The position numbers were made by a program, and so were the translations under genes. 64,000 nt of DNA from Gammaproteobacteria bacterium. Its GTDB lineage: Bacteria > Pseudomonadota > Gammaproteobacteria > Eutrophobiales > Eutrophobiaceae. The stretch lies in contig JACORW010000080.1 of the NCBI GenBank assembly GCA_016179185.1, positions 18,629-82,628 of the forward strand, given 5' to 3'. The notes under the pieces are model-generated. The model was not told the DNA's origin and did not search any database. It worked only from the letters and a program-made list of their open reading frames with translations. Positions 47,844 through 54,666 of the stretch are shown in pieces (position 1 is the first letter of the stretch; the number at the start of each line of letters is the position of its first letter).

Positions 47844-48590
47844 TCAGATTTTCCCCCGTGGCAGGAATATGAAGTTCGGAGATTCATCGAAGCGGGTCAC
47901 ACGCACCAGCCTGCCGTCTCTCCACAGGTGGAAGTCGTAATCGAGGTCTTGGAGCAGTTCCTCGAGTTGCGCGATGGTATTCCCGTAGCGCGCGAGCTGC
48001 GCCGCCTTCACCTCCAAAATGAGGCGCGGCCGGAACTTTTCAAGCGTGCGCAAAGCGCCGCGCAGCACGCGGTACTCGGCGCCCTCGACATCGCATTTCA
48101 CCAGCGCGCAGTTGCGGACGTCATGCGACTCGACGAACCGGTCCAGCGTTGTCACTTCCACGGTCTCGAAAATGGCGGGGCCGGACCCGCCCGTTGCCAG
48201 GTGCGCGAGTCCGACGCCGAGGCGGCCGCCGGGCTTGATCGGGATCTCGAGTTGCATCCGGCCGTTTTCATCCGCCACGGCCAGTTCGTGAAAGCTGACG
48301 TTCCGCGTGCGCAGCAGGCGGCACATCAGGCGCAAGCCCGACAGCGTGATCGCGGAGGGCTCGATGGCATGGACCCGGCCTTGCGTGCCGACCAGCGGAG
48401 ACATGACGCGCACGTACTGGCCGTAATTCGCGCCCACATCGATCGCGACATCGCCGGGCCGAAGCAACAACGGCAGCGCGGCGGTCTCCCGCGGCGGCTT
48501 GGGATACACCGCCATCCGCAATATGCGCGGGTATTGCGTGATTCGGCGGTACGCGGCGTCACCCAGCAATCCGCGAATCGCGCGGCGCAT
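47844..48590 (-). CDS. FkbM-family SAM-dependent methyltransferase
   Basis: 'VAIDVGANYGQY' and 'ALVKCDVEGAEYRVLRGA' are typical FkbM-family segments. Confidence 0.75.
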   Translation of the reverse strand: MRRAIRGLLGDAAYRRITQYPRILRMAVYPKPPRETAALPLLLRPGDVAIDVGANYGQYVRVMSPLVGTQGRVHAIEPSAITLSGLRLMCRLLRTRNVSFHELAVADENGRMQLEIPIKPGGRLGVGLAHLATGGSGPAIFETVEVTTLDRFVESHDVRNCALVKCDVEGAEYRVLRGALRTLEKFRPRLILEVKAAQLARYGNTIAQLEELLQDLDYDFHLWRDGRLVRVTRFDESPNFIFLPRGKI

Positions 48591-48594
48591 CCGG

Positions 48595-49230
48595 TCAGTT
48601 CAGGAAATTGCGCAGTTGCTGCGCCATGCTTTGGCAGGCATTGGACTGCACGCGCGCCAGCAGCGGCACCGGAATGAAGATGGCAGGCAGAAACGAAGTG
48701 CCCTGGGTTTCGGTATTGATTTTCCCCGACAATGTCAGTTCCTTGAAATCCCAGATGCTGGCCTCGTAATTGGCCTCGTCATCCCAGGTGGCGAAACCGA
48801 AACAGCCGCCGCCGCCCGGGCCGATGGCGCAGGAAATGGACCCCTTGCTGTTCACGGTCTCGGTAAAGCCGTCGATCCAGACGAAATAGCGCACGCCGAA
48901 ATTCTGGAATTTCTGTTTGATCTCCGGGATCTGCGCCAGCCGTTCCAGGTTTTTCACGTCCGTGGGCGCGGTGCTGGTTTCAAAATAGGGGTACATGGAA
49001 TCAACGAAGGTTTTCTCCGGAACCACGTTGATGGGATTGCCGCCGCGCGTCAGGTTCTCGCCGACGCAGCGAATGAAATCATCCTCGGTCTCATGCTCGC
49101 TGTTGCTGCGCCGCCCGAGCACGACGATGGACTCGCCGGTGGCAATGTGCGTTGCCGCGATGCGGTGTTCGTCTATGACCGTCGTGCTCTTGCAGCCGGC
49201 GCCCAGGATGAGCACGCCCAGGAGCCGCAT
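48595..49230 (-). CDS. Lipoprotein of unknown function
   Basis: Table ORF to 49293, trimmed to 'MRLLGVLILGAGC' (lipobox LGAGC). No family recognised. Confidence 0.55.
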   Translation of the reverse strand: MRLLGVLILGAGCKSTTVIDEHRIAATHIATGESIVVLGRRSNSEHETEDDFIRCVGENLTRGGNPINVVPEKTFVDSMYPYFETSTAPTDVKNLERLAQIPEIKQKFQNFGVRYFVWIDGFTETVNSKGSISCAIGPGGGGCFGFATWDDEANYEASIWDFKELTLSGKINTETQGTSFLPAIFIPVPLLARVQSNACQSMAQQLRNFLN

Positions 49231-49276
49231 CAGTTGCGCGCGCGGCGTTCGCCGCGGATATTGCGCAACGCAGCGA

Positions 49277-49933
49277 TCAGCAGGCGTCTCCATAACGGTT
49301 GCAATCCCGGGTTTTCAACGCCAGCCAGCGCCGCACGTCCGGTACCTTCTCGAAACCCAGCGCCAGTTTCGCCCCGGCGTCGCGCATCGCAAGATTGATG
49401 GCCGTGGACAGGCCGTCGTCCTTGCTTTTCAGGATCGCGGTCTCGACCTTGCCATAGCCGGTCAACGGCCACTCGGCCACGAGTTGGCCGTCGCTGTCGT
49501 ATAACTGCAGTTGGTACTTGATCCAGGCTTCATACAGTTCGGTCTTGGTCTCCGTCGGCAGCGCGAACTGCATCTCCGCAACGCGCGGCGCGATGACGCC
49601 CGCCACACCGCCGACGCCGGTCGTCGCGGCGGCCGGAGTGACGGCTTCAAACATTGACGGCAGGATGCGATCGAACAGCGCCACCTGGGAATCGCCGCTC
49701 TCTATTTTCCAGTCCGGCCGGTCCTCGGTATTCTCGGTGTATGCGTATGTGCGCAGCACCGGGTCGTAGTACACGCCTAGGTTCAGCGGTATCCGGTTCA
49801 CGGTGGGGATTGGGACCTCGCTGTCCACTTTAATCTGCACCGATTGGGTGCACGCGGTCGCAAGCGCCAGCACGCCGAGGGTCAACGCCCGGCAAAGCAG
49901 CAAGGTGATGAATTGGTGGTTGGTTTGGCGCAT
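49277..49933 (-). CDS. Lipoprotein of unknown function
   Basis: Table ORF to 50005, trimmed to 'MRQTNHQFITLLLCRALTLGVLALATAC' (lipobox LATAC). No family recognised. Confidence 0.55.
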   Translation of the reverse strand: MRQTNHQFITLLLCRALTLGVLALATACTQSVQIKVDSEVPIPTVNRIPLNLGVYYDPVLRTYAYTENTEDRPDWKIESGDSQVALFDRILPSMFEAVTPAAATTGVGGVAGVIAPRVAEMQFALPTETKTELYEAWIKYQLQLYDSDGQLVAEWPLTGYGKVETAILKSKDDGLSTAINLAMRDAGAKLALGFEKVPDVRRWLALKTRDCNRYGDAC

Positions 49934-49988
49934 ACGGATCGGCCTGCCGAACGCTGGTTCGACCCGGTTTCCGTCCCGGGGTTCCGGA

Positions 49989-51020
49989 TCAGAACGGTGT
50001 CCCAATAGTGTAGCGGAATTTCTCCCGGGTGCCGCGAAAGTCGTTCAACCCCACGAATGTGCCCATGTTTTTCCGGGTCATTTCCCGCATCAGGTTGGCG
50101 AAACGGGCGCCGGTGATCTGCTGCTGGGCCGCGAACTGCACCGGGAACCCGATGGCGTGGATACGGATCTGCGGCACGCCGTCATTGTTTTTCGGGTTCA
50201 GCCGCTCGACCTCGTCCAGTACCCGCCGCACTGAATCGCCGGTGAAATCGTCGCCGAACACGTAGATGCTGATGCGCCGGTCCGGTTCGTGATAAGTCCG
50301 GATCGCCTTCTCAATACCCTCCACCGGGCTGCTGTTGCTGAACGGATTCCAGGTGCGCAGGCGATCCAGGATGATCTTGCGCCGCGCGGGCGAATCCGGG
50401 ATCCATTTCCCGCGGTAATCCTGGAACATGTAGCCGCCCTGGTCGTCCATGACCTGGATGCCTTTCACCTTCGGATAGATCTCCAGCACGCCGATCATCT
50501 CCTGCATGACGCGGTTCCACGCGTACTGGAACATGCTGCCGGACGTGTCAATGACGAAGATGACGTATTCGCTGTCCACGGGGATGCCGCCGACCAGATC
50601 GGTGCGCACCTGCTCGCGCCGGGCCGACAGGCGGCGCATTTCTTCGGTCAGATTCTGCAGCGCGGCCTGCAATTCGCCCTTGCGCGCGGCATTGGCGCTG
50701 GCCGATTTTTCCATGCCGGCGGCGTGATCGCGCAGGGCGCCAAATTCTCGGGCAAGCCGCGCCACCCGCTCCTTGATCTCGGACAGCTGTTCGCGCGCCG
50801 CGGTCAGGTCCCGGTTCAACACGCGCGCCTCGCCGCGGATCTCGAACAGCTTTTCCTGCATGTCGGCGATGATGCCGTCCAGGGACTGCGGCGCCGGTTC
50901 CAGTACCAATGGTTCCCCCGGTTTCGAGATCATTATCAGCAGGATGATGGCGCCAAGTCCGCAGGTGATCACGTCCAGGAAGGACAGGCTGAACGCCTCC
51001 GCGCCGCGCCGCCGTCTCAT
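49989..51020 (-). CDS. ExbD/TolR-like TM anchor + coiled coil + VWA domain protein (paralogue B, partly degenerate MIDAS)
   Basis: 'MRRRRGAEAFSLSFLDVITCGLGAIILLIMI' (single TM with Asp), a heptad-like Glu/Arg/Leu-rich stretch, and VWA 'YVIFVIDTSGSM'. ATGA overlap with the upstream gene. Confidence 0.7.
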   Translation of the reverse strand: MRRRRGAEAFSLSFLDVITCGLGAIILLIMISKPGEPLVLEPAPQSLDGIIADMQEKLFEIRGEARVLNRDLTAAREQLSEIKERVARLAREFGALRDHAAGMEKSASANAARKGELQAALQNLTEEMRRLSARREQVRTDLVGGIPVDSEYVIFVIDTSGSMFQYAWNRVMQEMIGVLEIYPKVKGIQVMDDQGGYMFQDYRGKWIPDSPARRKIILDRLRTWNPFSNSSPVEGIEKAIRTYHEPDRRISIYVFGDDFTGDSVRRVLDEVERLNPKNNDGVPQIRIHAIGFPVQFAAQQQITGARFANLMREMTRKNMGTFVGLNDFRGTREKFRYTIGTPF

Positions 51021-52108
51021 GGCCAGTCCGCCGCCGGGCTCAGGAACGATCCGCCGCTGGCTACGGCCAGGCCCCAGAACGAAAACGCCGCCATGGGATC
51101 GCCCTCCATGGGCAGCAGGATGGTATTGACTGGAACATTGTTGGGAAGCTGGTTTGCGGCGGCATTGAACAGCTTCAAGCGTTCGTTGCCGGTGACCTTG
51201 CCGCCGCGGCGGGGCGTCGAGATACCCTGGGTCGGCAGCCCGTCGGTGATCAGGTACACGTTATCCGGCAGCGGGCGCAATCGCGCCACGGCCTGGAATG
51301 CGCGTTCCAGGCTGGTCCCCCCGTCCGGAGCGGCGTCGCGCGCCGCCTGCACCGCCGTTTCCAGTTGTCCGGCATTGGCGACGTCCAGCCACTGACCCTC
51401 GGTGCCGGGCACGGCCGCTTTCACGTCGGTGTCGAACAGGTACACCTGGAATTTTCCACCCACCGGAAAGCGCGTCGTCAACCAGTCCAGCGTGGCCACC
51501 GCCTGGCGCCATTTCCGCGATCCGGTCCTGCGTTCGTCGGTCATGTTCCTGCGCCGGATCACGTTTACCAGGGTTTCATCGAGCATGCTGGCCGAGGTGT
51601 CCAGCAACACCAATATCCGGTCGCCGCCGATCTGCAGGCCGGTGAGATACTGCCGCGTCCCTTCGCCACTGAAGGCCCGGGTGTGTTCCCCGGTCTTGGC
51701 CTGCTCCAATTCCAGCTGCTGCTTCTTCTGCTCCAGGTCGCGGATCTGGGCCTCCAGTGCGGCCAGCTCATCCGTGGCGGAGCTGGCCCGCTTTGCGTCC
51801 GTATCACCCTGCGCCTCCCGGATCTGATCCTGTATGCGGCGCGCCATCCCCTCCGCGATTACCCTTTGCTGCTCCAGCCCGTCAATGGTGTTGCGCAGCT
51901 CCGCGAGTCCTTTTTGACCATCCCGCACCTCGCGATCCAGCAGATTGACCTCGGCGCGCTGATCCGGCGGTGTGTCGGCGGCGGGCACGGTGGCATTGAC
52001 ATTGTGCTTGATGATCAGAAACAACAACACCATCGCCCCGAGCCCGCAGGACATGATGTCCAGGAACGACAGGCTGAAGGTGGGCAGCGGGCGGCGGTTA
52101 CGTGGCAT
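51017..52108 (-). CDS. ExbD/TolR-like TM anchor + coiled coil + VWA domain protein (paralogue A, complete MIDAS)
   Basis: Table ORF (TTG) to 52180, trimmed to the ATG at 52108. 'MPRNRRPLPTFSLSFLDIMSCGLGAMVLLFLII', a coiled-coil-like stretch, and VWA 'ILVLLDTSASM ... DGGTSLERAF ... VYLITDGLPT'. Confidence 0.7.
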   Translation of the reverse strand: MPRNRRPLPTFSLSFLDIMSCGLGAMVLLFLIIKHNVNATVPAADTPPDQRAEVNLLDREVRDGQKGLAELRNTIDGLEQQRVIAEGMARRIQDQIREAQGDTDAKRASSATDELAALEAQIRDLEQKKQQLELEQAKTGEHTRAFSGEGTRQYLTGLQIGGDRILVLLDTSASMLDETLVNVIRRRNMTDERRTGSRKWRQAVATLDWLTTRFPVGGKFQVYLFDTDVKAAVPGTEGQWLDVANAGQLETAVQAARDAAPDGGTSLERAFQAVARLRPLPDNVYLITDGLPTQGISTPRRGGKVTGNERLKLFNAAANQLPNNVPVNTILLPMEGDPMAAFSFWGLAVASGGSFLSPAADWP

Positions 52109-53426
52109 CCGGGTGCGTGGTGCTGATGAGTGAGTAAACCGTATCCGAGCCGGCAAAGCTGATCTTGTCGCCGGCGGCAAGCCGGCGCGGGCCGTCTACA
52201 CGTTCGCCGTCCACGTAAATGGTGATGTCGGCGAGCGGCGTGATGCGGATGTCCATGCCGTTTCCGGTGATGGAGCACGACGATGTAGGCTGCGCCGCGG
52301 TACCGATGGACCCGCGCGCGGAAAGGTAGAGCGTGCGATCGGATACCGGATAGGCCAGGTAGCCGTGCAACAGATGGGTGGCCGCCCGGCTGTCCCGGGC
52401 CGGGCGCCGGGCGGTGACGGCCTCGGGATCGGCTGAGCGCAGCGCGGCCGCTTCCGGAGCCGGCAGTCTGGTTACAAAATTCAGGTTGGGGCCGCCGCTC
52501 TGGATGCGCTCCAGGTGCGCCAGGCAGCCGCGCCGGACCGCGTCCTCACCCAGTACCGGCGCCGCGCCGCATGCGGCCGCAAGTCCGGGCATAGCGGCGG
52601 CGCGATCGCCCAGCAGCGCCATTCGGCCCGGTTCCAGCCGTTGCACGATGGCGGCATATTCCCTTTGCAGCCGCGCGACCATCCCGTCTCGGGTGACGCG
52701 CGCCTGCTGGCGCGATCTGCCTGCGGCAATGTCCAGCAGGATCTCGTGTTGCGACTGCAGTGCGGCGAGACAGCGCGGCAACTGATCGTAAACCGCCTGT
52801 TCGGTCTCGGCGCGATGCAACGGGTCGAAGCGCGACTGTTGAATGAATGCGTCCGCGACCAGCTCCGCGGCAGCATCATGGAACGCCAGTATGCCGCTTC
52901 CTTCCACCACATCCACGCTTTGCCGCTGTACCTCGTTGCCCACGTCAATGCGCGTCAGCACTGCCTGGTGTAGTTGCAGTTCAATGTGCTGATATCTGCC
53001 GGCGCCCGCGACGGATGCGGCGGCTGCCACCGCGGCATCCACCAGGCCGGCTGCTTTGAAGGAGCAGGATTGGCTGATGCCCAGCAGCAATGACAGTTGC
53101 GCGGAGGAAAAACTGCCGGGGACCGCAAAAATGACCTGTTCCGGTTTGCCGGCCTGTTCGTGCAGCAACCGCAGGTGATGCCAGGCCAGATCCGCGTTGT
53201 GCCGCAGCGTGCCGGCGGCATCCGGCCAAGGCTCCTGACTCAGCGCCGACCAGAACCGGTTGTAGGTGTTGCGCGGATGCAGATGCGCGACTTGCGCGGC
53301 CTGTTCTCCGAGTTTCAGCTCGTTGCCCTGGATCACGGCTATGCCGGGGCTGCGCAACAGCGGCCGATCGCCGCGGCTGACGCGTATGTCGGCATCGTTG
53401 AGCTCGATGATGCACGGTGGCGCCAT
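52098..53426 (-). CDS. Degenerate Hsp70/actin-fold protein with an FHA-like C-terminal beta domain
   Basis: 'EQVIFAVPGSFSSAQLSLLLGISQSCSFKAAGLVDAAVAAAAS' parallels DnaK '[44 protein letters not shown]'. The phosphate motifs are replaced ('IIELNDADIRVS', 'IELQLHQAVLTRI'). The C-terminal 'ITIYVDGERVDGPRRLAAGDKISFAGSDTVYSLI' is FHA-like. Confidence 0.5.
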   Translation of the reverse strand: MAPPCIIELNDADIRVSRGDRPLLRSPGIAVIQGNELKLGEQAAQVAHLHPRNTYNRFWSALSQEPWPDAAGTLRHNADLAWHHLRLLHEQAGKPEQVIFAVPGSFSSAQLSLLLGISQSCSFKAAGLVDAAVAAAASVAGAGRYQHIELQLHQAVLTRIDVGNEVQRQSVDVVEGSGILAFHDAAAELVADAFIQQSRFDPLHRAETEQAVYDQLPRCLAALQSQHEILLDIAAGRSRQQARVTRDGMVARLQREYAAIVQRLEPGRMALLGDRAAAMPGLAAACGAAPVLGEDAVRRGCLAHLERIQSGGPNLNFVTRLPAPEAAALRSADPEAVTARRPARDSRAATHLLHGYLAYPVSDRTLYLSARGSIGTAAQPTSSCSITGNGMDIRITPLADITIYVDGERVDGPRRLAAGDKISFAGSDTVYSLISTTHPDAT

Positions 53427-53440
53427 GATGGAACGAAGGT

Positions 53441-54238
53441 TCAGCGGACCTGCAGGTGATAAATGAGATTCTGGTCACAGTAGTTCTGCGTATCCAGCAC
53501 CAGGCGCTCCTGCAGCAACTGCAGTTGATGCATCAGAAACATGATAACCATGCTGACTACAAGCGCGATAAGCGTGGAATTGAACGCCACGCCCAGGCTG
53601 ACGGTGACGCCGACGATGTCGCCCTCAACGGCGCGCTGCGCCTGACCGAGGGCATCGCCGATCCCGCGCACCGTGCCGAGGAAGCCGAGGGACGGAATGG
53701 CCCAGATGATGTAACGCACCAGCGACAGTTCCGAATCGAGCCGATTTGATTCCACGTCGCAGGCATTGCTTACGGCGGCGGCCGCGTCCTGGATATTGCG
53801 CGTCGATCCGAACCGCTGCAGGGCGGTGAGCAGCGCGCGCGGCAGCAGGTACTCGCGCTGGTTCGCGGGCAGAGCCTGCAACGGGCGCGCAAACTTGCGC
53901 GCGTCCTCGGGCAGGATGCTCGTTCCCTCGGTCACCTCCAGCAGCGATTGGCGCAGCAGTCGTCGCTCTCCCATGGTCTGGTGCAGTTTCAGCCCCATGA
54001 TGGCCACCGCCCAAAACGCCAGAATGATCTCCGATTCCTGCTCATAATCCTTGAGCACGATGTAGATGGAGCGCGGCAGTTCGGCGCTTTCCCCGGCCTC
54101 CTGCCGCGCGCGTTGATCGGCCAACAACGCATCCGACGCCGGCCACACGACCATCACATACAACGTGTGCACCAGGATGATGGACACAATCAGCGAGGCG
54201 AGCTGGAAGAAGAAGTCGGAGGAGACGGTGTGCTTCAT
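53441..54238 (-). CDS. MotA/TolQ/ExbB-family proton-channel protein
   Basis: Table ORF (TTG) to 54262; I prefer the ATG at 54238 (uncertain). One N-terminal and two C-terminal TM helices with 'YIIWAIPSLGFLGTVRGIGDALGQA ... VSLGVAFNSTLIALVVSMVIMFL'. Confidence 0.8.
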   Translation of the reverse strand: MKHTVSSDFFFQLASLIVSIILVHTLYVMVVWPASDALLADQRARQEAGESAELPRSIYIVLKDYEQESEIILAFWAVAIMGLKLHQTMGERRLLRQSLLEVTEGTSILPEDARKFARPLQALPANQREYLLPRALLTALQRFGSTRNIQDAAAAVSNACDVESNRLDSELSLVRYIIWAIPSLGFLGTVRGIGDALGQAQRAVEGDIVGVTVSLGVAFNSTLIALVVSMVIMFLMHQLQLLQERLVLDTQNYCDQNLIYHLQVR

Positions 54239-54268
54239 AGGCCGATTTGGATGGGAAGTCAATTAATC

Positions 54269-54390
54269 GGTATCTCGTGAAGCGTATCTCGTGAAGCGTG
54301 TCTCGTATCTTGGACAAACGCTGTCATGCTTGCAGGGCAGATTCGGAGGAATCTTGTCCTGCGAGATACGAGATACGAACGACGAGATAC
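54269..54390. repeat. Intercistronic inverted array of GTATCTCG / CGAGATAC octamers (long imperfect hairpin)
   Basis: Read directly. Three 'G(T/G)(A/G)TCTCGT' units on the left (two as the 14-mer GTATCTCGTGAAGC) face three 'GAGATAC' units on the right across an ~40-nt loop. The array fills the gap between 54397 (stop of the small ORF) and the MotA-like start. Confidence 0.8.
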
Positions 54391-54396
54391 GGGTTT

Positions 54397-54666
54397 TCAT
54401 ATGTCCACCGGAAATGACACCGACAAATCCTCGGAGATTTCCTCGCTGGGCACGAAGGACTCCGGGCTTTTCGATGCGGAGGTCGCCTGCTGCTTCGATG
54501 CCGGTGACGGCGTGGCCGCTCCGGGATCCCCGGCCGGCACGGGCGCCTGCGTTCCGGTTTCCGCCGGTGCAGCTTCAGGTGCTGCGGGAGTTTCATCGGC
54601 GGCGAAGCCCGCGCCGTATAACAGCGCCAGCAATGCCACAACATATGTCGTTCGCAAGATGTTCAT
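54397..54666 (-). CDS. Small secreted Pro/Ala-rich acidic protein
   Basis: 89 aa. Signal peptide 'MNILRTTYVVALLALLYGAGFA', a low-complexity middle, and an acidic tail 'EEISEDLSVSFPVDI'. ATGA overlap with the upstream gene. Confidence 0.5.
   Translation of the reverse strand: MNILRTTYVVALLALLYGAGFAADETPAAPEAAPAETGTQAPVPAGDPGAATPSPASKQQATSASKSPESFVPSEEISEDLSVSFPVDI

Noticed and set aside
49989-54262. Zorya-like anti-phage system, because of the MotA-type channel plus a partner with an ExbD/MotB-like anchor
   Set aside because: There is no ZorC/ZorD-like (nuclease/helicase) or other effector gene and no peptidoglycan-binding OmpA-like domain. The neighbours are envelope proteins (lipoproteins, PEGA, TPR, TonB_C), not defence-island genes.
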